Part shown: positions 46,548 through 59,176 of the stretch, piece after piece | Layout of the letters: each line of letters opens with the position of its first letter | How positions within the stretch are numbered: the stretch's first letter is position 1 | NCBI RefSeq assembly: GCF_044704955.1 | Contig: NC_091984.1 | Coordinates: forward strand, 145,390,001-145,454,000 | DNA: 64,000 bases | Direction of reading: 5' to 3' | DNA from: Pristiophorus japonicus | Lineage: Eukaryota | Translations under genes and position numbers: made by a program | The notes under the pieces: generated by a model | Database searches by the model: none | Told to the model about the DNA's origin: nothing | What the model saw: the letters and a program-made list of their open reading frames with translations, nothing else

Positions 46548-49500
46548 CATAGAAACACAGAAAATAGGTGCAGGAGTAGGCCATTCGGCCCTTCGAGCCT
46601 GCACCGCCATTCAATATGATCATGGCTGATCATTCACTCAGTGCCCCTTTCCTGCTTTCTCGCCACACCCCTTGACACCTTAGCCGTAAGGGTCATATCT
46701 AACTCCCTCTTGAATATATCCAATGAACTGGCATCAACAACTCTCTGCGGTAGGGAATTCCACAGATTAACAACTCTCTGAGTGAAGAAGTTTCTTCTCA
46801 TCTCAGGCCTAAATGGCCTACCCCTTATCCTAAGACTATGTCCCCTGGTTCTGGACTTTTCCAACATCGAGAACATTCTTCCCGCATCTAACATATCCCG
46901 TCCGGTCAGAATCTTATACGTTTCTATGAGATCCCCTCTGTTGGGGAGGGCATCAAACTGGAAATTAGGGGTGCATGTAATAAAGGTGCAGCAGTTATCA
47001 TGGGTGACTTCAATATGCACATAGATTGGGCTAACCAAACTGGAAACAATACGGTGGAGGAGGATTTCCTGGAGCGCATAAGGGATGGTTTTCTAGACCA
47101 ATAAGTCGAGGAACCAACTAGTGGGGAGGCCATCTTAGACTGGGTCTTGTGTAATGAGAGAGGATTAATTAGCAATCTCGTTGTGCGAGGCCCCTTGGGG
47201 TAGAGTGACCATAATATAGTGGAATTCTACATTAGGATGGAGAATGAAACAGTTAATTCAGAGACCATGGTCCAGAACTTAAAGAAGGGTAACTTTGAAG
47301 GTATGAGGCGTGAATTGGCTAGGATAGATTGGCGAATGATACTTAAGGGGTTGACAGTGGATGGTCAGACATTTAGAGACCGCATAGATGAACTACAACA
47401 ATTATACATCCCTGTCTGGCATAAAAATAAAAAAGGGAACGTGGCTCAACCGTGGCTATCAAGGGAAATCAGGGATAGTATTAAAGCCAAGGAAGTGACA
47501 TACAAATTGGCCAGAAATAGCAGCGAAATCAGGGACTGGGAGAAATTTAGAACTCAGCAGAGGAGGACAAAGGGTTTGATTAGGGCAGGGAAAATAGAGT
47601 ACGAGAGGAAGCTTACAGGGATCATTAAGATGGACTGCAAAAGCTTCTCTCGATATGTAAAGAGAAAAAGGTTAGTAAAGACAAACGTGGGTCCTCTGCA
47701 GTCAGAATCAGGAGAAGTCATAACGTAAAACAAAGAAATAGCAGACCAATTGAACAAGTACTTTGGTTCGGTATTCACTGACGAGGACACAAACAACCTT
47801 CCGGATATAAAAGGGGTCAGAGGGTCTCGTAAGAAGGAGGAACTGAGGGAAATGCTTATTAGTCTGGAAATTGTGTTGGGGAAATTGATGGAATTGAAGG
47901 CCGATAAATCCCCAGGGCCTGATGGTCTGCATCCCAGAGTACTTAAGGAGGTGGCCTTGGAAATAGCGGATGCATTGACAGTCATTTTCCAACATTCCAT
48001 AGACTCTGGATCAGTTCCTATGGAGTGGAGGGTAGCCAATGTAACCCCACTTTTTAAAAAAGGAGGGAGAAAGGAAACAGGGAATGATCGACTGGTCAGC
48101 CTGACATCGGTAGTGGGTAAAATGATGGAATCAATTATGAAGGATGTCATAGCAGCACATTTGCAAAGAGGTGACATGATAGGTCCAAGTCAGCATGGAT
48201 TTGTCAAAGGGAAATCATGCTTGACAAATCTTCTGGAATTTTTTGAGGATGTTTCCAGTAGAGTGGACAAGGGGGAACCAGTTGATGTGGTGTATTTCTA
48301 CTTTCAGAAGGCTTTTGACAAGGTCCCACACAAGAGATTAATGTGCAAAGTTAAAGCACATGTGATTGGGGGTCGTGTGCTGTCATGAATTGAGAACTGG
48401 TTGGCAGACAGGAAGCAAAGAGTAGGAGAAATGGGTATTTTCAGAATGGCAGGCAGTGACTAGTGGGGTACAACAAGGTTCTGTGCTGGGGCCCCAGCTG
48501 TTTACATTGTACATTAATCATTTAGACGAGGGGATTAAATGTAGTATCTCCAAATTTGTGGTTGACACTAAGTTGGGTGGCAGTGTGAGCTGCGAGGAGA
48601 ATGCTATGAGGCTGCAGAGTGACTTGGATAGGTTAGCTGAGTGGGCAAATGCATGGCAGACGAAGTATAATGTGGATAAATGTGAGGTTATCCACTTTGG
48701 TGGTAAAAACAGAGAGACAGACTATTATATGAATGGTGACAGATTAAGGAAAGGGGAGGTGCAACGAGACCTGGGTGTTATGGTACATCAGTCATTGAAG
48801 GTTGGCATGCAGGTACAGCAGGCGGTTCAGAAAGCAAATGGCATCTTGGCCTTCATAGCGAGGGGATTTGAGTACAGGGGCAGGGAGGTGTTACTACAGT
48901 TGTACAGGGCCTTGGTGAGGCCACACCTGGAGTATTGTGTACAGTTTTGGTCTCCTAACTTGAGGAAGGACCTTCTTGCTATTGAGGGAGCGCAGCGAAG
49001 GTTCACCAGACTGATTCCCGGGATGGCGGGACTGACATATCAAGAAAGACTGGATCAAGTAGGCTTGTATCCACTGGAGTTAAGAAGAATGAGAGGGGAT
49101 CTCATAGAAACATTCAGAATTCTGACAGGTTTCGACAGGTTAGATGCAGGAAGAATGTTTCCAATTTTGAGGAAGTCCAGAACCAGGGGTCACAGTCTAA
49201 GGATAAGGGGTAAGCCATTTAGGACCGAGATAAGGAGAAACTTCTTCACTCAGAGAGTGGTGAACCTGTGGAATTCCATACCACAGAAAGTTGTTGAGGC
49301 CAATTCACTAAATATATTCAAAAAGGAGTTAGATGTAGTCCTTACTACTAGGGGGATCAAGGGGTATGGTGAGAAAGCAGGATTGGGACACTGAAGTTGC
49401 ATGTTCAGCCATGAACTCATTGAATGGCGGTGCAGGCTAGAAGGGCCGAATGGTCTAATCCTGCACCTATTTTCTATGTTTCTATGTTTCTATCCTTCTA

Positions 49501-50345
49501 AACTCCAGTGAATAAAGGCCCAGTTGATCCAGTCTCTCCTCATATAACAGTCCAGCCATCCCTGGAATTAGTCTGGTGAACTTCGCTGCACTCCCTCAAT
49601 AGCAAGAACGTCCTTCCTCAGATTAGAAGACCAAACCTGAACACAATATTCCAGGTGAGGCCTCACTAATGCCTTGTACAACTGCAGTAAGACCTCCCTG
49701 CTCCTATACTAAAATCCCCTAGCTATGAAGGCCAACAAACCATTTCCTTCTTCACCACCTGCTGTACCTGCATGCCGACCTTCAAAGACTGATGAACCAT
49801 GACACCTACTTCTCATGGCACCTCCCCTTTTACTAATCTGCCGCCATTCAGATAATATTCTGCCTTAATTTTTTTGCCTCCAAAATGAATAACCTCACAT
49901 TTATCCACATTATACTGCATCTGCCATGCATTTGCCCACTCACCTAACCTGTCCAAGTCACCCTGCAGCCTCTTAGCGTCCCCCTCACAGCTCACACCGC
50001 CACCCAGTTTAGTGTCTTCTGCAAACTTGGAGATATTACACTCAATTCCTTCATCCAAATCGTTAATGTATATTGTAAAGAGCTGGAGTCCCAGCACTGA
50101 GCCCTGCGGCACTCCACTAGTCACTGACTGCCATTCTGAAAAGGACCCGTTTATCCCAACACTCTGCTTCCAACCAGTTCTCTATTCACGTCAGTACATT
50201 ATCCCCAATACTATGTGCTTTAATTTTGCACAGCAATCTCTTGTGCGGGACCCTGTCAAAAAGCCTTTTGAAAGTCCAAATACACCACATCCACTGGTTC
50301 TCCCTTGTCCACTCTACAGGTTACATCCTCAAAAAATTCCAGAAT
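46548..50345 (-). mobile_element. CR1 LINE split by an antisense CR1 insertion
   Basis: Breaks at GAGATCCCCTCT (46938) and resumes at ATCCTTCTAAACTCC (~49492). Confidence 0.9.
46939..49492 (+). mobile_element. Young CR1 LINE (endonuclease C-terminus, RT and tail), same subfamily as the V-disrupting copy
   Basis: ORFs 47219-47728, 47750-48388 and 48456-49394. The 3' UTR GAAGTTGCATGTTCAGCCATGAACT is shared with 4960 and, reversed, with 53480. Confidence 0.95.
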
Positions 50346-52293
50346 TTTTTATTATCAGGATTATATTATCAGGGTTATATTCTCACTGTCTGTCATTGTC
50401 ACAACACTCGCTATATAAATGCAAGTTGTTGTTGTGTTCAGGGCCGCCGTATCTGGCTCAAGCTTCTTATCCATCCCCCCCTTCCCTTCACCCTCCATTG
50501 GGGGCCGTGCCTTCAGCTGCCTGGGCCCTAACTCCCTGCTCCCTAAACCTCTCTGCCACTCCACCCCTCTCCTCTTTTAAGACCTCCCTTCAAACCCAAT
50601 CTGTGACTGAGCATTTTGTACAACCCTCCCAGCTCCTCCCTCTTTGGCTCAGCACCACTTTGTCCAGATTACGCCTCTTTCAGCTGCCTTGGGATGTTGT
50701 TATAATGTTCCAGTTTCTATAGCAATGCCGGTTGTTGCTGTTGTACCTGGCAACAGAGCCTCTGTGTGTGGATATACCCCATGCACCGAGCTCCGCGGTG
50801 AGGCCTTCCACAGTGGAATGGCCAGCCGATGCTCGCTGCAGTGCAGAGTGGCTGCTGCCCCGCCAATCGGTCTGAGACACCGCCTCACGAGTGGACGAGG
50901 AGATACACGCTGAGATCCACCATCAAATGACACGTGGGGAACTGGAAATGATTCTGCAAACCTGACTGGAGGTTTGGTACAAATAGGTTTTACAAACCAA
51001 TCAATTGGGTGACACAGAAATTGTCTAAAATTGTGGTCTTTTCAGAACCAATATTGCCCTCTTTTGGTATGAAGACAGCACTGCCAATTTCCCTCACAAT
51101 TTGACTGAGCTGCAATTTTCAATGTCTCCTTACGTGGTTCGCTGTCAATCTTTATTTTACAACTGTTATGCTCATAATAAATGGTCAGATTGAGTACTGT
51201 GTGTAATGAGCAAGTGTGACCTTAGCTCCTTTATTGTAGTTCCAGAGTGCAGGTACTTCGTGGGTGGCCTGCTTATAGACTGTACTCCCAAGGGATGCTG
51301 GGATCCCTTGGAACTCCAACAGATCGGCACTCTAGTGGACAGGTCTGATGCAGGTTACAAGGTTACAAGGGGTTAAATACATGACATCACTCCCCCGTGA
51401 AGTCAACAATACACTTATTTACAAGGTGAGACGATCTGGGGCTCTGCGCTCCCTTGTCGATTGTCTCGGTACAAATGTTGATATGATTGGGTTGGTCAGT
51501 TCTTCATTGGACTGTTGGGCAGCCGGCCTTGGCAAGCTGCTGGTGATGACGAGTTCTGTTTACTGGTCAACTGTGATGTCAGTTGCCACTTGTGTGTGTG
51601 TTGGAAGGTCAAAGTTGGTGGTGTCCTCTTGAGGTTGTCCGTAATTGTTGGTGAACCGCAGTTTAATTTGGTCCAAATGTTTTCTGTGCATTTGTCCATT
51701 GGTCACTTTGACCTCAAACACGCTACTCCCCTCTTTGGATGTGATCGTGCCAGCAAGCCATTTGGGACCATGTCCAAAATTGAGCATAAACGCAGGATCA
51801 TTGATCTCAATATCGCGTGACAAGTTTGTGAGGTCATGGTACACACTCTGTTGATGCCGCTTGTCCTCCACGTGATCATGTAGATCAGGGTGGACCAGAG
51901 AGAGCCTTGTTTTAAGCGCCCTTTTCATGAGCAGCTCGGCTGGGGGAATCCCTGTGAGTGAGTGGGGTCTGGTGCAGTAGCTGAGTCGTACTCGGGACAA
52001 CCGGTTCGGCAGGGAGCCTTCCGACACGTGTTTCAAGCTTTGCTTGATGGTCTGAACTGCCCGTTCTGCCTGGCCGTTGGATGCGGGCTTCAATGGCGGA
52101 GATGTGACATTTTGATCCTGTTGCGGGTCATGAATTCTTTGAATACGGCACTAGTGAAGCATGGCCCATTGTCGCTGACTAGGACATTGGGAAGGCTGTG
52201 CGTGGCAAACATAGCTCTTAGACTTTCAATGGTGGCTGTGGACGTGCTTCCAGACATTACTGCACATTCAATCCATTTTGTGTAAGCATCCAC

Positions 52294-55200
52294 TGTCATA
52301 TATGTAACCTTCATGTAACTGTAACCTTCATGTAATAACACTGCACACTATATATACCGAAGAAATGCACACCTTGACCACAGGGGGTGAACTTGTGGGA
52401 GACACTCCTCATCTGGTCTTCCAGGTATATAAAGGGAGGTCCCATGCAGGGTCATCACTTCTTGGTCCTGTGAATAAAGGTTCAGGTCACAGAGTGACCT
52501 TGTCTGCAGAATGTGCCTCATGTGAATTTATATTTGTGTGTAAGGACATTACATTTGGCGACGAGAAACAGGAATCAACGACTCACGAGAATGGCCACCG
52601 GTAGCACAGAGAAACGGTACTGTGTTGGTAACGACTGGGACGATTTAATTGAGAGGCTCCAGCAGAGCTTTGTCACAAAGGTCTGGCTGGGAGATGCAGC
52701 GGCTGACAAGCGAAGGGTGCATCTACTGACCAGCTGTGGACCTAAGACATACGCGCTGATGAAAGACATGCTCGCACCCGAGAAGCCGGCGGACAAAACC
52801 TTTGAAGAGCTCAGCAAACTGATCAGTGAGCACCTCAAACCGGCGAGCAGTATACACATGGCCCGACACCGATTCTATACACACCGACGTCGGGAAGGAC
52901 AGAGCATACTGGACGTCGTTGCGGACCTTCGGTGCTCGGCCAGCCTCTGTAAGTTCACAGATGCCTGCAGGAAGGACATGTTAAGGGATTTCTTTATTGA
53001 GGGCATTGGTCATGTCGGGATTTTCACCAAGGATTTGACCTTGGAAGTGGTGGCGTTCATGGCTCAGTCCTCCATGGCGGGGGAGGAGAAAATCAAGACA
53101 ATATACATGCACAACTCTGCTTCCAATGTGGCAATGGATCAGGGAGTTAATATTGCAAACGCGACTCAGAACCCTGCAGGCAGGCAAGGGCAATTCGACA
53201 CCACTCAGGCAGCAACAGACTCCAGAGTGGATACTCAACAGAGACAATGGCAGGTTGAATGGACATTTACGCCATCACGGTGGACAATGTGTCGCAGGAT
53301 GGAGCCATTGACACCCACTAACAAAGTGCTCAAGAGTAATCAAAGAGATAATCAGAGAGGAATGCCTGGTAACAGCCCTTTTGTTCACAACAATCTCAGC
53401 TCATAAAAACATAGAAATATAGAAAATAGGTGCAGGAGTAGGCCATTCATCCCTTCTAGCCTGCACCGCCATTCAATGAGTTCATGGCTGAACATGCAAC
53501 TTCAGTACCCCATTCCTGCTTTCTCGCCATACCCCTTGATCCCCCTAGTAGTAAGGACTTCATCTAACTCCTTTTTGAATATATTTAGTGAATTGGCCTC
53601 AACAACTTTCTGGGGTAGAGAATTCCACAGGTTCACCACTCTCTGGGTGAAGAAGTTTCTCCTCATCTCGGTCCTAAATGGCTTACCCTTATCCTTAGAC
53701 TGTGACCCCTGGTTCTGGACTTCCCCAACATTGGGAACATTCATCCTGCATCTAACCTGTCTGAACCCATCAGAATTTTAAACGTTTCTATGAGGTCCCC
53801 TCTCATTCTTCTGAACTCGAGTGAATACAAGCCCAGTTGATCCAGTCTTTCTTGATAGGTCAGTCCCGCCATCCCGGGAATCATTCTGGTGAACCTTCGC
53901 TGCACTCCCTCAACAGCAAGAATGTCCTTCCTCAGGTTAGGAGACCAAAACTGTGCACAATACTCCAGCTGTGGCCTCAACAAGGCCCTGTACAACTGTA
54001 GCAACACCTCCCTGCCCTTGTACTCAAATCCCCTCGCTATGAAGGCCAACATGCCATATGCTTTCTTAACCGCCTGCTGTACCTGCATGCCAACCTTCAA
54101 TGACTGATGTACCATGACACCCAGGTCTCGTTGCACCTCCCCTTTTCCTAATCTGTCACCTTTCAGATAGTAGTCTGTCTCTCTGTTTTTACCACCAAAG
54201 TGGATAACCTCACATTTATCCACATTATACTTCATCTGCCATGCATTTGCCCACTCACCTAACCTATCCAAGTCGCTCTGCAGCCTCATAGCATTCTCCT
54301 CGCAGCTCACACTGCCACCCAACTTAGTGTCATCTGCAAATTTGGAGGTACTACATTTATTCCCCTCATCTAAATCATTAATGTACAATGGAAAAAGCTG
54401 GGGCCCCAACGGAGAATCTTGCGGTACCCCACTAGTCACTGGAGGTGCGGGGGCAGACATGCTGCAAAAACCTGTCGGTTTCAACAATTTAGCTGTAGAA
54501 ACTGTAACTTCAGTGGACATTTAGCCAGAATGTGCAGGAAGCCTGCAGCGAGGCTAATTTACGAGGCAGATGAACCAGAAGAGGGGTCTGCAAGGCAGGT
54601 TGATGCTTGGGACAAAGCAATGGACGCTGAAGTTCAGCAGGTTCATGTGGCAAACATCCACAGCTCACATACCAAAACGCCAGCCATGATGATGAAAGTC
54701 CTATTAAACAGCATCCCGGTACGCATGGAGCTGGACACAGGGGCCAGCCAGCCACTTATGAGTGTCCAACAATTCAAGAATTTATGGCCACTCAGAGCTA
54801 GCAGACCCAAACTGGAACGCATTAACACGCAATTACGGATGTGCACCAAAGAGATCATCCCAGTGCGAGGCAATGCAATGTTGCTGGTCACACATAATGG
54901 ATCAGAGAACCGGCTGCCACTCTGGATTGTCCCGGAAAATGGTCCCGCGCTTTTGGGGAGTAGCTGGCTAGCCGAGATGAACTGGAAATGGGGGGATGTG
55001 ACACCATTTCATCCGTGGAGCGAAGTTCATGCTCACAGGTCCTACAGGAATTTGAGTCACTATTTCAACCCGGTGTCGGGACTTTGCAGGTTACCAAAGT
55101 AGTGATACGCATCACCCCGGACGCCAAACCAGTGCACCACAAAGCCAGAGCTGTGCCGTATGTGATGCGATAGAAAATTGAGAGCGAGTTGTACAGGTTG

Positions 55201-57866
55201 CTAAGAGAGTGCTTCATTACGCCCATTGAATTCAGCGACTGGGCAAGCCCCATCATCCCTGTCCTAAAAAAGGATGGCTCGGTCAGGATCTGTGGCGACT
55301 ATAAGGCCACTATCAACCGAGTGGTTCTACAAGACCAATACCCGCTTCCGAAAGCGGAGGAACTTTTTGCCACGCTGGCAGGCAGCAAGCTGTTCACCAA
55401 GTAGTACCTCACTTCAGCCGACATAACCTTGGAACTGGCCAAAGAATCCAAGCTACTGACAACCATCACCATGCACAAGGGACTGTTTGTCGACAATAGG
55501 TGTCCATTTGGCATTCGATCAGCAGCTGCTATCTTTCAAAGGAACATGGAAAGCCTGCTCAAATCCATTCCTGGAACAATCATATTTCATGACGACATCC
55601 TTATCACGAGTCGAGACACCGAGGAACACCTCCACAACCTGGAGGAGGTGCTACGCCGACTGGACCGAGTAGGCCTGTGACTAAAGAAGTCCAAGTGTGT
55701 GTTTTTGGTCCCAGAGGTCGAGTTTTTGGGCAGGATGGTTGCTGCAGACTGGATCCGGCCTACCGAAACCAAAGCGGAGGCGATTCGTCGTGCGCCCAGG
55801 CCCGGCAACACATCGGAGTTACGTGCACTTCTGGGACTCTTGAACTATTTCGGGAACTTTCTGACGAACTTAAGCACATTGTTGGAGCCGCTACACATGC
55901 TCCTGTGTAAGGGTTGCGATTGGTTTTGGGGGTCTGTCAGGAATGGGCTTTCAACCGGGCGCGGAACCTGCTTTGTTCAAATAAGCTGTTGACCCTGTAC
56001 AAACCCTGTAAGAAATTGGATTTGACATGTAAAGCACCATCCTATTGGGTTGGGTGCATGTTGCAGCAGAGTAATGATGAGGGCCAACTCCAAGCTGTGG
56101 CTTATGCCTCCAGGTCGCTCTCCCAAGCAGAACGGGGATATGGGATGGTTGAAAAGGAAGCACTCGCATGTGCCTACGGGTTGAAAGTACATTTTTGGCA
56201 GAAGGTTTGTGTTAGAAGCGGACCACAAGCCGTTAACATCCCTGTTGTCAGACAACAAAGCTGTCAATGCCAATGTGTCAGCTCGCATGCAGCGATGGGC
56301 TCTCACACTGGCTGCGTATGACTACACCATACGGCACCGGCCAGACACCGAACATTGCGTTGACGCGCTCTGCAGGCTTCCACTGGCCACCACAGAGGGA
56401 GCAGCAGAGCAAAGTGCTGAGATGGTCATGGCCATTGATACCTTTGACAGCGCAGGCTCCCCCATCACAGCCTGCCAGATCAAAATCTGGACCAACAGAG
56501 ATCCCCTCCTATCCTTGATTAAGAAATGTGTCCTGCCTGGGGATTGGGCGCCCACACACGGAGCATGCCCGAGGAGGTCAGACCGTTTCACAGACAGATG
56601 GATGAGCTCTCCATCCAAGCCGACTACCTACTATGGGGCAGCCAGGTAGTCATGCCCCAGAGGGGCAGGGAAGCATTCATCAGAGAACTGCACAGCCATT
56701 GCCCGGTCACATGTATGGTGGCCGGGAATTGACTCGCACCTGGAACACTGTGTTCACAGGTGCACGACGTATACCCAGCTGGGTAATGCCCCCAGTGAGG
56801 CCCCACTCAGCCCATGGCCCTTGCCCACCAGGCCATGGTCACGTATTAACCCAGACTACGCGGGCTCATTCATGGAAAAAATGTTCCTCATTGTTGTTCC
56901 TCAATGGATCGAGTGCATCATATTGAATTCGTGTACGACATCCACCACTGTGGAGAGCCTGCATGCGGTCTTAGCGACCCACGGCTTGCCGGACATCCTG
57001 GTTAGCGACAATGGCCTGTGTTTCACTCGCTATGAATTCCGGGAGTTCATGTCGGGTAATGACATCAAACATGTCAGGACGGCACTACTTATGAAACGTA
57101 CACTTAAAACTCGGCTGTCCTTCATTCATCCAGTCCTGTCAGACATTGTTGAGGGCAAGCGCCAGTCCCAAAATGAGTGCCATGACCGTAACTCAAAGGG
57201 GAGATGTATAGAAATCGATGTCCCTGTATTTGTTCTTAATTACGCTTTGGGGCCCAAGTAGCTTGAGGGTACTGTAATTGGCAAAGAGGGGAATAGGGTC
57301 ATAGTGGTCAGACTTAAAAATGGACAGATATGCCGCAAGCATGTGGACCAAGTAAAATAAAAGGTTCAGCATGGACACTGAGGAGCCTGTGGAAGATCAT
57401 GAGATGTTGCCCACACCACTGCCAGTGAACGAGCAACAAGAACATTCAGCAGCATGCACAGTTCCTGTGGCCAGCCCGGACAAGCCGGAATCACCACAGG
57501 TGACAGACACGCATACCAAGGCTCAACAACTTCGGCGCTTCACGAGAGAACGTCGACCGCCTGAAAGACTTAATCTTTAACCCTATAAGATGTTGGGGGG
57601 AGGTGATGTCATGTATGTAACCTTTATGTAACTGTAACCTTTATGTAATAACACTGCATACTATATACACCTAAGAAATGCACACCTTGACCACAGGGGC
57701 TGAACTTGTGAGAGACATTCCTCACCTGGTCTTCCAGGTATATAAAGGGAGGTCCCACGCAGGGTCATCACTTCTTGGTCCTGTGAATAAAGGTTCAGGT
57801 CACAGAGTGACCTTGTCTGCAGAATGTGCCTCTTGTGAACATATAGTAGTGTGTATGGACATTACA
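52294..57866 (+). mobile_element. Ty3/Gypsy LTR retrotransposon (inner) inserted in the outer element's integrase, LTRs 52294-52553 and 57607-57866
   Basis: Perfect TSD TCCAC (52289-52293 and 57867-57871), PBS TGGCGACGAG at 52556 and PPT GGGGGAGGTGA before 57607. Gag from 52591, protease LDTGAS, RT FHDDIL, integrase LVSDNGLCF. Confidence 0.97.
53403..54440 (-). mobile_element. CR1 inserted into the inner Gypsy gag just before the zinc knuckle
   Basis: Gag NNLSS| resumes as |WRCGGRH...CRNC...GHLARMC after 54440. Confidence 0.93.
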
Positions 57867-58313
57867 TCCACGACAACCAAAAACATTTTGCCCAGCAATG
57901 GGCCTGCATAGTCTACATGGATCCTCGACCACAGTTTGGATGACCAGGACCACAAACTTAGTGGTGCCTCTCTGGGTGCATTGCTCAACGGAGAGCAAGC
58001 ACTTGCGTGCACATGACTCTAAATCTGAGTCGATGTCTGACCACCACACGTGGGATCTGATATGGCTTTCATCATTATGATGCCTGAGTGGGTACTGTGT
58101 AGTTCCCCAATAAATGTGTCTCTGCTTTTCTTGGGCAATACCACAGGATTGCCCCACAAGAGACAGTCCGCCTGCAGGGACAGCTCATCTTTGCATCTAT
58201 GGAATGGCTTAATCGCTTCCTGCATCTCCACTGGGACACTGGACCAGTTCCCATGGAGGACACAGTTTTTTTTACCAGGGCCAGTAAAGGATCCTGGCTG
58301 GTCCAGGTCCTGA

Positions 58314-59176
58314 CTAACGTTTGGCTAAGGTTTGGCAGATGGAATACAATGTCGAAAAGTGTGAGGTCATCCACCTTGGGAAAAAAAACAGTAAAAGGGA
58401 ATATTATTTGAATGGGGAGAAATTACAACATGCTGAGGTGCAGAGGGACCTGGGGGTCCTTGTGCATGAATCCCAAAAAGTTAGTTTGCAGGTGCAGCAG
58501 GTAATCAGGAAGGCGAATGGAATGTTGGCCTTCATTGCGAGAGGGATGGAGTACAATAGCAGGGAGGTCCTGCTGCAACTGTATAGGGTATTGGTGAGGC
58601 CGCACCTGGAGTACTGCGTGCAGTTTTGGTCACCTTACTTAAGGAAGGATGTACTAGCTTTGGAAGGGGTACAGAGACGATTCACTCGGCTGATTCCGGA
58701 GATGAGGGGATTACCTTATGATGGTAGATTGAGTAGACTGGGTCTTTACTCGTTGGAGTTCAGAAGGATGAGGGGTGATCTTATAGAAACATTTAAAAGA
58801 ATGAAAGGGATAGACAAGATAGAGGCAGAGAGGTTGTTTCCACTGGTCGGGGAGTCGAGAACTAGGGGGCACAGCCTCAAAATACGGGCCAATTTAAAAC
58901 CGAGTTGAGAAGGAATTTCTTCTCCCAGAGGGTTGTGAATCTGTGGAATTCTCTGCCCAAGGAAGCAGTTGAGGCTAGCTCATTGAATGTATTCAAGTCA
59001 CAGATAGATAGATTTTTAACCAATAAGGGAATTAAGGGTTATGGGGAGCGGGCGGGTAAGTGGAGCTGAGTCCACGGCCAGATGAGTCATGATCTTGTTG
59101 AATGGCGGAGCAGGCTCGAGGGGCTAGATGACCTACTCCTGTTCCTAATTCTTATGTTCTTATGTTCTTATGTTCT
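58314..59176 (+). mobile_element. CR1 (TTCTTATG tail) inserted into the outer Gypsy pol
   Basis: 195-aa RT ORF 58321-58908. The host sequence GTCCTGA|...|GATCTGGCGGG rejoins across it. Confidence 0.93.

Noticed and set aside
46517-46555. CACAGTG heptamer as an orphan RSS or kappa-deleting-like element
   Set aside because: There is no nonamer at 12 nt, and the A-rich sequence at 23 nt is a CR1 tail.
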